DNA of 60,885 bases, filler included, from Malassezia furfur (GCA_052055015.1; 11 parts of 11 records of this genome joined end to end with filler, not necessarily neighbours in it); one strand, 5' to 3'. Shown: positions 49,406 through 60,885, counted from the first letter of the whole stretch. Translations and numbers: made by a program. The notes: generated from the sequence alone by a model not told the origin.

Positions 49406-49889
49406 CTATGCATCGCGCACCGGGGTGCGACCTACGGCGGCGCTTGCGCGGGGGCTGTTGCGCGGGCTGTTCCGAGACGCCTGCGTCTCGGGCGCCGCAA
49501 AGCGCGTGGGCGCCGTGAGGTGGCTGTCGCGCGACGACGACGCGGTCATGGGGCGCGGCAGCGCGCCGTCCGGCGAGTGCGGCGACGCGTGCATCGGCAT
49601 GCCGTACGGCGGCATGGGCATGGGCATGCCCGGCGGCGTCATGCCCGGCGCCATCGGCGGCATGCCGGGTGGCGTCATGCCCGGCGCCATCGGCGGCATG
49701 CCCGGCGGCGTCATGCCCGGCGGCGGCATCGCGGGCATCTGCCCGCCGTTGGCCTGCGCGAGCGCCTGCATGTAGGCGTGCTGTGCGGCCTGCATCGCCT
49801 GCTGCTGTGCCTGCGGGGGGTACGCCTCGCGGCCCTGCGGCAGCATGCCCATCATCATCATCATCATCTGCTGCTGCTGTTGCCAGTAG
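49406..49889 (-). CDS. Pro/Met/Gln-rich C-terminal fragment of an unknown protein
   Basis: Open from the contig edge; poly-Q/poly-M runs and ~3 copies of a 36-nt unit encoding PGMTPPGMPPMA. Confidence 0.65.
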
Positions 49890-49989
49890 NNNNNNNNNNN
49901 NNNNNNNNNNNNNNNNNNNNNNNNNNNNNNNNNTTAATTAATTAANNNNNNNNNNNNNNNNNNNNNNNNNNNNNNNNNNNNNNNNNNNN

Positions 49990-50761
49990 GTTTCTGCGTG
50001 AGCCACGCACACGTACCCAAGCAGACGCCCGAACGTCTTGAGTCGCGCCGTGCCGGTGCAAGTCGGACGCGTCAAACGGCGTCTGGGTTAGGGCGCGACG
50101 TACCGATGGGACCGGCATCCGGAGCACTTCGCGCGCATACTGCCGATCATACAGGCAGTTTCTGCGTGAGCCACGCACACGTACCCAAGCAGACGCCCGA
50201 ACGTCTTGAGTCCGCGCTTGATCGAATCCGTGATGGCCTCCTTCTTGCACTGCGCCGTAAGCGGACGTGACGCAGCGTACCTTTTCGAGTGCCGCGTGCT
50301 TTCCCCGCGCGCCCTCGGTGTGGCCGTAGCCTACATCCTCGTGGTACGTTCCGTCGCGCAGTGTGATGCGCACGATCGCACTCACGCCGCAGTTGCACCG
50401 CCCAGACTCGGGATGCACGTCAAGCTGTGTCAGGACGCGTACATACGTAGTCAATGTCGAGACTCGTCACGCTCGTCGACCAGCCGTTGAAACCAAACAC
50501 CTCGTTCGCCAGATCCACGACCTTCCATCCCTCGATGTACGTTAGCTTCGGCCCGCCGCCCGGCCCAGGGCGCTGCGAGAGGTATTCAGGGCCGAGCCGC
50601 TGGTTCAGCTTGCACTGCAGCGTCGCGAGCCGCGTCGCGCTCCACATCGGCAGGCCCGTGTCCGGATCGATGTCTCCTGTGAGCGCCGAGCCACCGGCGC
50701 CCACTGGGAACGCGTCGTGCGGCGCGCTGGGCGCAAAGGGTTCACGCGTCGTGCCGTCCAT
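49990..50761 (-). CDS. RAD52: Rad52 N-terminal domain, 3'-truncated
   Basis: LGPEYLSQRPGPGG..YIEGWKV..LANEVFGFNGWS, DGTYHEDVGYG, KEAITD..KR..FG..LGNCLYD; introns 50425-50446, 50250-50280, 50162-50184, 50083-50103. Confidence 0.95.
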
Positions 50762-50803
50762 CGCGTGCGCCACGCCGACGCGTCGTGTTGAATGGATCAC
50801 GTG

Positions 50804-51603
50804 CTACCAAAATTTAATGTAGACGATGAACAGGAACAGCAGCGCGAGCGCGCCGAGGCTGCGTGAGGGCGAAAGGGGACGTACGGTGCGTACTTGCGGA
50901 TCATGGCGTCCACGTTGATCTTGCGCGCAGCGCGGCGATACTTGAGCGACTCGTCGCGCAGCGACGACGAGAGCGACGACATGTCTGGGTGAGCACGGCC
51001 GCACAGGCACACGTACGATCGAGACTATCGCCACGCCATAGCAAATCCTCCATGTTCTTGGTCATAATCTTTTGCACGTCCTGCAGGTCCTCGTTGAGCC
51101 GGTCGAGGTTCGAGTGCGTGACGCTTTCGGCGGTGCGCGAGTCCGCGTAGAGGCGCTTGGTACGCTGCATGAAGGTGTCTGGCGTGAGCGTCGCACCACC
51201 TACCAAACCCGACAAATGCATACGGCCGGAGGTTGCGCTGCTGCACCTGGTGCCCGTACGAGAGCGCAAACTCCTTGGCGAGCTCGTCGAGGTAGCTGAA
51301 TGCGAGCTTGCGTGGGTACGACTTGTCCGTGATGGTGAGGTACACGACCGACCGTGGGTCTCCTGGCGGCGGCTGGACGAGGTAGCTGCGTGAGTGGGCG
51401 GTGCGCGCGCGCGCGACGTACTGCAGCGCCATCGGTCCGCTCTCGATCGTGCAGCGCGTCTCGGACATCGGCATGAGCTTCCGGAAAATCGTCTTGGCCT
51501 GCTGCTTGTATCTGGTTAGGTCGACGCCCGTCTGGTCATCGTCGACGCTCTGCGCGAGCGGGAGCGCATCCGAGACACGCACGACCTGCGTGGAGCGCAC
51601 CAT
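50804..51603 (-). CDS. SEC22: R-SNARE Sec22 (longin, SNARE and TM domains)
   Basis: DALPLAQSVDD, SYPRKLAFSYLDEL, IMTKNMEDLLWRGDSLD, C-terminal TM; introns 51386-51421, 51179-51203, 50985-51016, 50859-50884. Confidence 0.95.
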
Positions 51604-51668
51604 GGCGATCCGGAGGGAGGCGCGTGGAGGCCACGTGGGTCAGGGCGCGGCGGCTCGCCGTGACCACC

Positions 51669-52931
51669 ATGGACGCCAGTGCACCGCAGGAGGCCGATGG
51701 CCCGCCGCCGTTCGCGCGGCTGATTCTGGATCTGCGTGGCGTGTACTTTGTGATCGAGCGCGAGACGCTGATGAGCCTGCCCGAGTCCATTCTGCTGTGT
51801 CTCTTCCCGAACGGCCTCGTCCTGCCCGAGGGCAACCCCGACGAGACGGGCGACACGACGATGCAAGACGAGCACGTATACCACGTCGACGTACGTACCG
51901 TGCTGACACCAGTTTGATGCGAATTGCTTGCAATATGTCCTCTCCTTCTTCCGGCGCGCGCAGGAGTACTTCTACGGCACCGACAAGGCGCCGGGCGTCT
52001 ACCGCGGCATGGGCCGCGGCGCCAACATCCTCGATTTTGCCGACCCCATGCAGGGCGCGGGCGGGTTCGGCAACCACTTCTACCTCCCGCTCTTCCACAA
52101 GCAGGCAATCATCGTGCTGCGCGAAGAGCTCGAATATTTCACGATCGCGCCCAAGGGCATGGCGCGCTCGGCCGTCGCGCGGCCGCCGGTGGGCAACCGC
52201 CCGCCGCAGGCCTCGGAGGAGTTTGCGCACCTCAAGGACGCGTGCGGCGATGTGCTGCTGCAGCGCCGCCAGATCTTCACGGCGCTCCAGCGCAACATCA
52301 ACAAGGAAAACAACGTCGCCGAGCAGCACCTCATCGATATGCTGTGCATGAGCGGCTTTGAGCAGGACGACCTGTGGGGCTACCGCGCGCGCGAGGCGAA
52401 CCGGTGCAGCATCACCAGCACCGCCATGGTGCTCCTCAAGACGGGTGTCACGCACCGCGGCGAGCTCCCCGAGGGCCGCGCACCGCACCAGCCGGCGCCG
52501 CGCAAGCCGATCGGCGTCGAGCGCACCGGGGTGGATCCGGACGCGGGGCTCGAGCCACTCGACACGCATGTCTCTGAGGAGCAGCTCGGCGAGTGGGTCG
52601 ATGATGCACAGGGCGGCTCGCTGCGTGTGAACCAGCACCAGCTGAACACCACGCAAAAGCTGCTCCTCTTTTGGCGCAAACCAGCGGTACGTGCGCCCAC
52701 ACTGACCGCAGCGGAAATGCTGGTGGGACGGCATCGACTTGGTGGTGCCGAGCGACGGCATCGCGACCAAACCGCAGCCCGCACCGTCCTCGGCGACGCT
52801 CGGTACCCTCTCGCGGCAGGAGCGCGCATGGCTCGAGCAGGGCAAAGGCCTGCTCGTCCGTGTGTGGGTCCGCCGGATCTGGACGCTCGAAGTGAGCCTG
52901 GTACGTGGGCATGGGCTGACCGCAGATTTGA
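51669..52931 (+). CDS. WHI2: Whi2-like BTB-domain stress/nutrient regulator
   Basis: LMSLPESILLCLFPNG, IIVLREELEYF, EQHLIDMLC.SGF, KLLLFWRKPARKCWWD, WTLEVSLI; introns 51891-51912, 52687-52711, 52901-52925. Confidence 0.9.
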
Positions 52932-53093
52932 GCGCATCGCGTGCAGCGCAAGAGATACCAATTGTAGCTATAGTATCGTCGACAGGTACTCGCGCGTGCC
53001 GCGCACCGGCGCCGGCGGCCCTCGGCTCAGCGCACGTGGGGGGAGCACAGGAGCGTGGGGGTGGATCGTACGTCGTGGGTCTACCGTCGCACA

Positions 53094-53698
53094 CTATGCC
53101 TTCATGTGCGAGCGCAGGATCTCCTCGGCCATCTCGCGCACGGCCTGCTCGCTGCGCTGGTCAACGAGCGTCTCGGTGTCGAGCTGCTTGCCGATGCCAA
53201 GGGGATAGCGGCTGGGTGAGTGTGGGGCGCGACGTACCGGAACAGCGACACCTTGGATGCGACACCGGGCATCTCGTGCATGCGCAGGAACTGCAGCCAG
53301 CGGTCAACGGTCGCGTCGCTCGCATCGTACACCTTGATGCTCCGGCGGTGCGTGCGGCGCCAGAAATTTTCCTGGGACTTTTTATGAACAAACGGACCGC
53401 GCGGCACGGTCCAGAGCGAGGTGCGTGTCGGGAGCGACGCAATCCCGCCCGTGGGGATCTCGAGCGCCTGCGCACAACGCAGCGCAAAGTCGGCGAAAAA
53501 GTCCAGGTCGAACGTCTTTTGGTTGTACGACTTGAGCTGCAGCGTCGCGACGTGCACGCCGTGCGTCGGCTTCACCGGCGCGACCGGCGGAATGAGCTCC
53601 GTGGCCACTGCCGGCTCGCTCGACTCGGAGCTGTATGCCCGTACGAGTCGCCGCAGCGCACGCGGCACGCTCGCCGCTCGCTGCGTTGCCCAGAACAT
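53094..53698 (-). CDS. RSM10: Mitochondrial ribosomal protein uS10m
   Basis: LQLKSY..LDFFADF, LPT..SLWTVPRGPFVHKKSQENFWRRTHRR; 26-nt intron 53212-53237. Confidence 0.92.
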
Positions 53699-53741
53699 GG
53701 CGAGAAGACAGGCGTGGTGAATAAGATTAGTCAGCGGGTAT

Positions 53742-55390
53742 CTACGACAGGGCCGCGCGCGCGAGGCGCCGGGCGCGGCGCGCCTCGTAGGCGTCGCGCA
53801 CCGCGGCACGGATCACCTCGATGCTGCGGCTGCCCTCTTCCACATTGGCCATCGCCGTGCGGAGGAGGGCACGGACCTGGTCGGCGGTCCAGACGAGATT
53901 ATAGGACGTGCTGTAGTGCGCCGTACTCGGGTCGAACCCGGGCTGCACCGCGTTGGGGAACAGGGGGCAGTACACCAGCCGCACGTCGGGGTCTCGGCCC
54001 GCGGGCTTGCCGCGGCGCAGACGCCACCCGTCGAAACGCTGCGCGAGTCGCGCCTCGTACTCGTTGCGGATGCGCTCCGCCTCCTCCTGGATGGCCTCGG
54101 GCGTGTGCTCGGTGCCCTGCTCCTTGCGCTGCTGTGCGTGCGCCGCATTTTCCTCGCCCGCGCGCTTCGCAGCCTCATTGGCGGCGCGCGTCGCGGGCTG
54201 GATCTCGACCTGCAGGCCACACTCTTCCCCAAACTCGTGCAGACGCTGGACGGCCGCACCGAGCTTCACGTCGGACGACGAGTCGAACGAGATCAGCACA
54301 TCGGCATCGCGCTCCTCGCGCGCCAGCACGTGGTTCGGCAGGTTGTTGGACAGGCCGCTATCCATGAGGCGCAGACGCTTGGAGTGCTCCCAGGACCATT
54401 CGTGCCGCGGCGCAGGCCCTCCGGCGGAGGGCGCCGCTGCGCCCTCCGCGGCCGGCGCAGGCACGTCGTAGAGCGGCGCCATGAACGTCTCGGGATCGTA
54501 GTTCGACATGGACGAGGTAATCGACGCATCGCTGCCCCGCCGGTGCCGCAGTGGGTTCTCTACCGAGATGTCGCCGAGCTTGGGGATCGCGGGCATTTGG
54601 ATGTCGGGCAGCTTGGGCATGTGCGGGAGTTGGACGTGCGGAAGCTTGGTGAGGAACGCGTTGAAGGGCGTCGCGGCGTCCGGCGACACTTCGTCCGGCG
54701 TGCCGTCTGGCGCTGCCTTGTCCGGCGAGGCCGTCTCGGGGGCAGGCGCCGTCGGCGAGGCAGTCTTGGGCGCCTCCGGCGAGGCAGTCTTGGGCGCCGC
54801 CGCCGGAGACGCCGTCTCGGCCGCCGTGGCATCGACCGCCGGCGCATCGCACGCCACGTCCCGAGGCGCATCGCGCGGCACCTCGGCACCGAGCTCCTTG
54901 AGCGGCGGCGCAAACAGCGGCGGCGCCGGGCGCTCGCCGTTGCCGGGCCTTGCGTCGAGTCCGTCGCTGGTGAGCATGCCGCCGAGGCGCGCATCGCCGA
55001 GCGGCGGCCCCGGCTGCGTGGCGACCGCCTGTGCGGCCGGATCGCTGTAGGGCTGATCGACGATGCTCGTCGGCCGCGTGCGCGGCTCCGCCTGGGTGCG
55101 TGCGGTGCTCGGCGGCGTGCTGGCGGCCGGCATCGAGATCGCGCGGTCGTCCATACCGTGCCCGTAGAAGGGATTGGGCTCGTCGGCGGCGCGGATCGGA
55201 TTGCCCCAGCGCTTCTCCCACCGCTTCATCTTGATAAACTCGTTCACCCAGCTGAGCATCGTCGACATGACGGTGCCCTCGGGGATCGACGCGAGCATCG
55301 TCGAGATGTACGCGGTGAGCGGCCCGGCGGGCGCTCCGGTGCACTGCCCCACGATCATCGCGAGGTTCACCTCCGGCTCGCGCTTGAGCG
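53742..55390 (-). CDS. Cytosolic phospholipase A2/lysophospholipase family, 5'-truncated
   Basis: IVGQCTGAPAG, PNPFYG, LRLMDSGLSNNLP..REERDADVLISFDSS, LVYCPLFPN, YSTSYNLVWT. Confidence 0.85.
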
Positions 55391-55490
55391 NNNNNNNNNN
55401 NNNNNNNNNNNNNNNNNNNNNNNNNNNNNNNNNNTTAATTAATTAANNNNNNNNNNNNNNNNNNNNNNNNNNNNNNNNNNNNNNNNNNNN

Positions 55491-55692
55491 AGGTACGGAG
55501 CGCCGTGTCGATCTCGGCGAGCTGCGCGAGGTTGTCCTGGAGCGCCGCGGTCTCCTCTGCGAGCATCGGGAGCGCATCGTCGGCGAGGAACGAGAGTGGC
55601 GTGGCTGCGTCCGTGTGCGAGCGCGAGAAGAGCGCGAGCGACCCGCTCGAAATGCGGCGGATCGGCGTCGAGGTGCCCCGCGGCGCGCTCAT
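55491..55692 (-). CDS. DAM1: DASH complex subunit Dam1, 3'-truncated
   Basis: TPIRRISSGSL N-terminal motif followed by the helix LAEETAALQDNLAQLAEIDTAL. Confidence 0.75.
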
Positions 55693-55758
55693 CGTGCGTG
55701 TTGATGTGCCGCGTATGCTGACTCAGCAAAGGCGTGCCAAGGTTCACGGGCGACAACC

Positions 55759-56101
55759 ATGTCTTCGTACATCTACTTCCGCGGTACGTACGGCGCCTGC
55801 TCACGCGCTAGTCACCGGCACAGTTCAGGGCGTGTCGTTCCGTCAGAGCACGGTGCAGCAGGCGAATGCGCTTGGCCTGCGTGGCTGGGTGCACAACGAG
55901 CCGGACGGCTCTGTGTCCGGCGAGGCGGCCGGCCCGACGGAGCACATCCAGAAGCTGTACGCCGCGCAACGCTAACCCAGGCGCGACTACCTGCACCACG
56001 GCCCGCAGCAGGCGCGCGTGGACAACGTGGACATCATGTTTATCAAGAACCACGACCTGAGCCAGTCGACGCTCCCGGTGCCGTTTGAGCTGCGTGCGTA
56101 G
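55759..56101 (+). CDS. Acylphosphatase
   Basis: FRVTGTVQGVSFR..GLRGWVHN.PDGSV.GEA.G..LHHGP..ARV; introns 55784-55811 (28) and 55957-55980 (24). Confidence 0.92.
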
Positions 56102-56120
56102 AAAAAAAGAAGGAAGGCGT

Positions 56121-58634
56121 CTACTCATGCTGGGGGAGGAGCGGTGAAAATCCCGTGTCGTCATTCCGCGGCGACAGGTTCGTGTGGCGCTGGCGGTACT
56201 CTGCCGAGCTCCGGCGGCGCGGGCGCGGCGCTTTCGGCGCGCCCTTGGCTTCTTCCGCGTCGTCCGCCTTGCGGCGGTAGACGCTGAGCGCCTCCTCGTA
56301 GTCGGGGCCCATCTCGTCCTCGCCCGGCCCGTGGCCGTTGGCCGAGGCACGCGCACTTGGGCCCCACCCGAAGACCCATTCGTCCAGGAAGTTGAGCGGG
56401 TGCGAAAATGCGCCGTGCACGGGCGCCTTGCGGATGCGCCAGTGTGCCTCCGAGTCAGACAGCGGCGGGGCACGGGCGCTGGGCAGCTGGCTGAGCAGGT
56501 CCTCGTTGCCCCACCCCTGCGGGCCGAGGTGCTCGATGAGGCCGTGCAGCCGCGTGGCGAGCTGTGCGCGCTCCTCCTGCAGCTGCGCCATGACGCGCCG
56601 CTGGCCAAGGACCAGCGAGAAGAAGAGCGGCGGCAGGCTCTTCCACACGTCGAGGCCGACCTCGGCAAACTTTAGCGTCGAGTAGCTGACCACGGGCAGC
56701 GCCAGCATGGTGTACAGCGGGACGAAGCGCTTGTGCACCGGCGCCCAGTTCGTGCGCCGCCGGACGTACCACGTCGCGAGCGCCGCATACGAGCCGTAGA
56801 GCACCGGCGTCACGCCGAGCGACACAAGCACCTTCCAGGTGGCCAGCACGTCGCGGCCGTGCACCTTGACCTGCGACGCGGCAAGCGCCTCCTTGGCCTT
56901 GCGCTTGCTCACGATCTTGGCGAGCAGCGCAATCGGCGCATTGAGCAGCGCGCCGGGCAGCGCACAGCCGCTCCAAAACAGCACCAGGCCGAGGCGGTAG
57001 AGCAGCAGCGCCAACGACCGCAGCCGCGAGCGGTTCGCGCGGTCGACGTGGTGGTCGCGCAGCCCAAGCTGCTTGAGGTGGTTGTTGTAGGTGAGCACGG
57101 CGTTGCGCAGCTCCACGACCTCGGGCCGGTCCTTGTTCTCGAGGTAGCCAACGATAAAGCGCCGGTTCATCTCGACCGTCTCGCCGAGCGTGAGGTGCTG
57201 CCCGGGCAGCTTGATGAGCCGGCGCGCCGCCTGGATCACCATCAGCGTCTCGTAGTCGGGCGCGCGCACGGTGACGCTCTTCAGCCCGTCGTACACCATG
57301 TCGAGCATCTGCGACACCGCCTCGCGTTTGCCGCTGCCGCCCTGCTTGAAGCGCTCGACGTACTCCATCGGCACGCTGAGCGGCTTGCCGAACTCGACGA
57401 CCGCACGCGAGCGGAACTTGTGGGGATGGAAGTAGGACATGCCCACCGGCACAATCTGCACGTCCAGATGGGGGTCGTTGGCCATCGCCCCGAGCGCCAT
57501 GATCACGACACCGGCCTTGAGCGGCAGCAGATCCGTCCGGTCGTGGCTGCCGCCCTCGGGGAAGATGCCAAGGCACTTGCCGTTCGACAGACACTCGTAG
57601 ACACTGGCGTACATCTCCTTCTGGTCGACGTACGGCAGACATTTGTACGCAGCGCCGGGCTCGTTCTTGCCGCGCAGCTCGCCACGCAGCGCCTTGTCCA
57701 CGTTCTCGCCCTGCAGCTCCTTCTTGAGCCGCACCTCGGTGTCGCTCAAAATCTCGACCACCTCGGCGGTGGCATAGCCCGTCTCTTTGTCGAGCACCAC
57801 CTGCCCGTGCACCTGCAGCTGCCGCGTAAACGCCGTGTTGACGCCGCGCAGGTGCAGCGCGTCCTTGCCGAACGTCAAGAAGCCCTCGCCCGCCTTCGCA
57901 CTGTCCGCCGCGCGGCGCACAGGGATCGACTGGAAAAGGCGCGCAATGGTACCCACAAACGGCCGCTCCAGACTCTTCTGCGCAATCAAGAACGACACAT
58001 GCCGGCCCGAGCCGCTGCGCACCTCGGACGCGAGCAGCAGCGGGTCCAGAAACTGGTTGTGGTGCGGCGCCGCGACAAAGATCACAGGGCCGGTGCGGGG
58101 GATGCGGTACGACGAGCGCGGCTGCACCTCGCGGAAAAAGAGGTTCACGACGCCGCGCCAGAAGGCAAGCAGCACGTCGTATGCCATGTCGGTCGCGAGC
58201 AGGTTGTACGCAAACAGCACGCGCGCCGCACCATGCACCACCATGCGCGGCATCACCCGGTCGAGCGGCACGGGCAGCGACGCCAGGAAACGCACCACGT
58301 CGTGCTGCGTATACTGCAGCGTGCCTTCCACCGGGCGCTCAGGTTTCGGCACGAGCGCCTGCTTCTCGACCACCGGCGGAGCAGAGGGGCGCTTGGCGTG
58401 CCCGGGTGTCGCGCGCGGCGGCGACGGCGCCGCAGCGTCCTTGTCGCGCGGCACGCCGTTCGGCGCGTCGGTCGTCGCCGGCGGTGCGCCATTCGGCTCC
58501 GATACGCGCGACGCGCGGGGGTCCGGGGCACCCAAGTTGAGCATTGTCGTAGGAGGGAGCGGCTCAGAAGGCCTACGCTCTGCGGGCGGCGCCTTATCGG
58601 CGTCGCTCGACTCGCTTGCACTCGGCTTGGCCAT
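56121..58634 (-). CDS. SCT1: Glycerol-3-phosphate/DHAP acyltransferase (Sct1/Gpt2 family)
   Basis: FVAAPHHNQFLDP, GIFPEGGSHDR, YFHPHKFRSRAVVEFG, GRDVLATWK. Confidence 0.93.
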   Translation of the reverse strand: MAKPSASESSDADKAPPAERRPSEPLPPTTMLNLGAPDPRASRVSEPNGAPPATTDAPNGVPRDKDAAAPSPPRATPGHAKRPSAPPVVEKQALVPKPERPVEGTLQYTQHDVVRFLASLPVPLDRVMPRMVVHGAARVLFAYNLLATDMAYDVLLAFWRGVVNLFFREVQPRSSYRIPRTGPVIFVAAPHHNQFLDPLLLASEVRSGSGRHVSFLIAQKSLERPFVGTIARLFQSIPVRRAADSAKAGEGFLTFGKDALHLRGVNTAFTRQLQVHGQVVLDKETGYATAEVVEILSDTEVRLKKELQGENVDKALRGELRGKNEPGAAYKCLPYVDQKEMYASVYECLSNGKCLGIFPEGGSHDRTDLLPLKAGVVIMALGAMANDPHLDVQIVPVGMSYFHPHKFRSRAVVEFGKPLSVPMEYVERFKQGGSGKREAVSQMLDMVYDGLKSVTVRAPDYETLMVIQAARRLIKLPGQHLTLGETVEMNRRFIVGYLENKDRPEVVELRNAVLTYNNHLKQLGLRDHHVDRANRSRLRSLALLLYRLGLVLFWSGCALPGALLNAPIALLAKIVSKRKAKEALAASQVKVHGRDVLATWKVLVSLGVTPVLYGSYAALATWYVRRRTNWAPVHKRFVPLYTMLALPVVSYSTLKFAEVGLDVWKSLPPLFFSLVLGQRRVMAQLQEERAQLATRLHGLIEHLGPQGWGNEDLLSQLPSARAPPLSDSEAHWRIRKAPVHGAFSHPLNFLDEWVFGWGPSARASANGHGPGEDEMGPDYEEALSVYRRKADDAEEAKGAPKAPRPRRRSSAEYRQRHTNLSPRNDDTGFSPLLPQHE

Positions 58635-58716
58635 GCAGGAGAAAGCCCAGTGACGCGCTGCGCCTCCCCACGTAACGGGCCCAGCCCCGGCGCGCAGCCT
58701 CCACGTGCCTCCACGC

Positions 58717-60885
58717 ATGTCCCTGTCCGTGTCGCAGCAGGCGGCCGTGCAGTGCGACGCGGCGCGTCCGCTCCAGATCCTCGCAGGGCCGGGGTCGGGC
58801 AAGACGCGCGTGCTCACAATGCGCGTGGCACACCTCTTGCTCGACGCCGAGCGCGATGCGCGCGTCCAGCCGCAGCACTGCGTCGTCGTTACCTTTACGA
58901 ACAAGGCCGCGAACGAAATGCGCACGCGTCTCACCGCGCTCATCGGGCCGGAGCGCACACAGAAGCTCGTGCTTGGCACCTTTCATGCGCTGTGCGCCAT
59001 GTTTCTGAGGCGGCACTGCGGGCGCATCGGCATCGACCACAATTTCACGATCGCCGACACGGACGATGCGTACGTTCTGCGATGCTTACGCAGGAAACGC
59101 CTCATGAAAGAGGTACTCGACGCCTCGCCCGACGTCCCGCTCAAGCCCGAGCAGGCGCTGGCCGCCGTCTCGCACGCCAAGGCGCGCAGCCGCCGACCTG
59201 AAGACCTGCGCCACACCGTCGACCAGGCGGCGCTCGCCGAGGTGTACGCTGCGTACCAGGCGCGGCTACGCGCGAGCAATGCGCTCGACTTTGACGACCT
59301 GCTCATGTGCGGCACACAGCTCTTGCGCGAGCACCCGTCGGTCGCCCAGCACATCGCCCACGGTACGTGGCGCGTTCTCACCCAGTGCTCGTCGACGAGT
59401 TCCAGGACACGAATGCGGTGCAGTACGAGCTGATGCGCCTGCTCTCGGCCGCATCGGGGCACGTCAGCGTGGTCGGCGATCCCGACCAGAGCATCTACAG
59501 CTGGCGGAACGCCGAAGTCGGCAACCTCGCCAAGATGTGCGCCGACTTCCCCGACGTCCGCCGCGTGTTTCTCGAGGAAAACTTCCGCAGCACACAGTCG
59601 ATCCTCGACGCGGCCATCAAGGTGATGCGCCAGGACACGCAGCGCATCGACAAGGACCTGCACACCGCCCAGGGTCGCGGCGCGCCTGTTACGTTCCACA
59701 CATTTGCCTCGGCTGACGAAGAGGCGGAGTACATTGCGCTCGAGATCCAGCGCAATGTCGAGCTGGCGCAGCCTATGCTCACGTATGCCGACGTGTGCAT
59801 CCTGCTGCGCTTCAACGCGCTCAGTCGCGCGCTCGAGGCCGCACTGCAACGGCAGCGCATCCCCTACCGCGTGATTGGCGGCCCCAAATTCTTCGACCGC
59901 GCCGAGGTCAAGGACTTGCTTGCCTACCTGCTGCTCGTGGACAATCCGGCATACACGCCGGCACTCGTGCGCATCATCAACGTGCCGCGCCGGGGGATCG
60001 GCGCCAAGACCGTGCAGGACCTCGAGGCGCTCGCCGCCCAGCACGGCCTCACCCTCCATGCGTGCATCGAGCAGCTGGTCGATGGCAATGCAGCGCTCGG
60101 TGCCGGTGTGCGCGCGTCGGTGGTGCAGTCGCTGCAGGTGCTGGTACGCACGCTGCGCCGCCTGCGCACCGCGGCGCACGAAGGCACACCGGTGTGCGAT
60201 CTGCTCCAGCTGTTGGTCACCGAGCTTGACTTTCAGACGCATCTGCGCCGCGATGACGACGCCGAGTCGCGGTGGCAGAACGCGCAGGAGCTGATTAGTT
60301 TTGCGGCATCGACCGACACGGGGGGTCTCTATGAAGAGGTCGGCGACGACGGAGACGTCGCCAAGGCAGATGACGCAGACGTCGATGCGGGGCAGGAAGA
60401 CGATGAAAGCGTCGCCGACGCTTCTCCCGCGAAGCGCAGGCGCACCGCCGACACATCCCCCACGCCCCTGCGCAAGTTCCTCGAAAACAGCATGCTGGCG
60501 ACCGACACGGCCGCCGGCGTCGAGGACAGCGCGAAGGTGACCATCTCGACGTGCCATGCGGCCAAAGGCCTCGAGTGGCCCATCGTGTTTGTGCCGGCCG
60601 TCGAGGAGGGCACCTTCCCCTTCTATCGCTCCGTCACGCCCGACGAGCAGCGCGAGGAGCGCCGGCTCCTGTACGTCGCCATGACGCGCGCCGCGACGAA
60701 CCTGTACCTCAGCGCCACTGCCCGCCGCCTCGTGGCAGGCTCGTGGCAGTCACGCAGTGTGAGTGCGTTCCTTGCGCCGCTCCTGCCCCCGTCGCAGCGC
60801 GGATCGCAGCCGTCTGGGACGCCCGACGCCATCGCGTGGTGCTTTGGCGCGCCCGATGTCCAGCGCGCGCTGCCGGATGCCGCGG
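58717..60885 (+). CDS. SRS2: UvrD/Srs2-family DNA helicase, 3'-truncated
   Basis: LAGPGSGKT, VTFTNKAA, GTFHA, VDEFQD (after intron 59363-59385), VGDPDQSIYSWR, ENFRS, STCHAAKGLEW, EERRLLYVAMTRA; probable in-frame intron 59070-59093. Confidence 0.93.

Noticed and set aside
50778..50783. ACGCGT (MCB box) upstream of RAD52
   Set aside because: Single copy only ~17 bp from the ATG, and the hexamer is common in this CG-rich DNA; not supportable alone.
48808..56101. Gluconokinase, acylphosphatase and (just beyond, from 58717) UvrD helicase as bacterial contamination or recent HGT
   Set aside because: All carry the host-type mini-introns and belong to families with ordinary fungal members; ancient HGT cannot be judged without phylogeny.

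Overview
Eukaryotic, GC-rich, very gene-dense fungal DNA. Gene content, compaction and intron style suggest a Malassezia-like basidiomycete (inference; species not determined). The window is not one locus. It is 11 unrelated contigs (5507, 5505, 5473, 5464, 5453, 5444, 5421, 5412, 5410, 5401 and 5395 bp) joined in decreasing size order by an artificial 100-nt N44-TTAATTAATTAA-N44 linker, so adjacency across linkers has no biological meaning. It holds about 43 mostly housekeeping genes, many truncated at contig ends (e.g. HIS7, MSS4, PRI2, XRN1, TOR, FKBP12, MET3, CYR1, RAD52, SRS2). The strongest signal is intron architecture. I reconstructed 47 GT-AG introns by hand; 31 are only 21-26 nt, with peaks at 22 and 25 nt. 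They have a CTNAC branch motif usually set a few nt before the 3' AG and no polypyrimidine tract. Also notable: 40-80 bp intergenic regions with recurrent CACGTG boxes, a divergent LAMTOR2-like roadblock gene and a coilin-like gene, both visible only after splicing out a mini-intron. All product calls come from motif recognition, not database searches.
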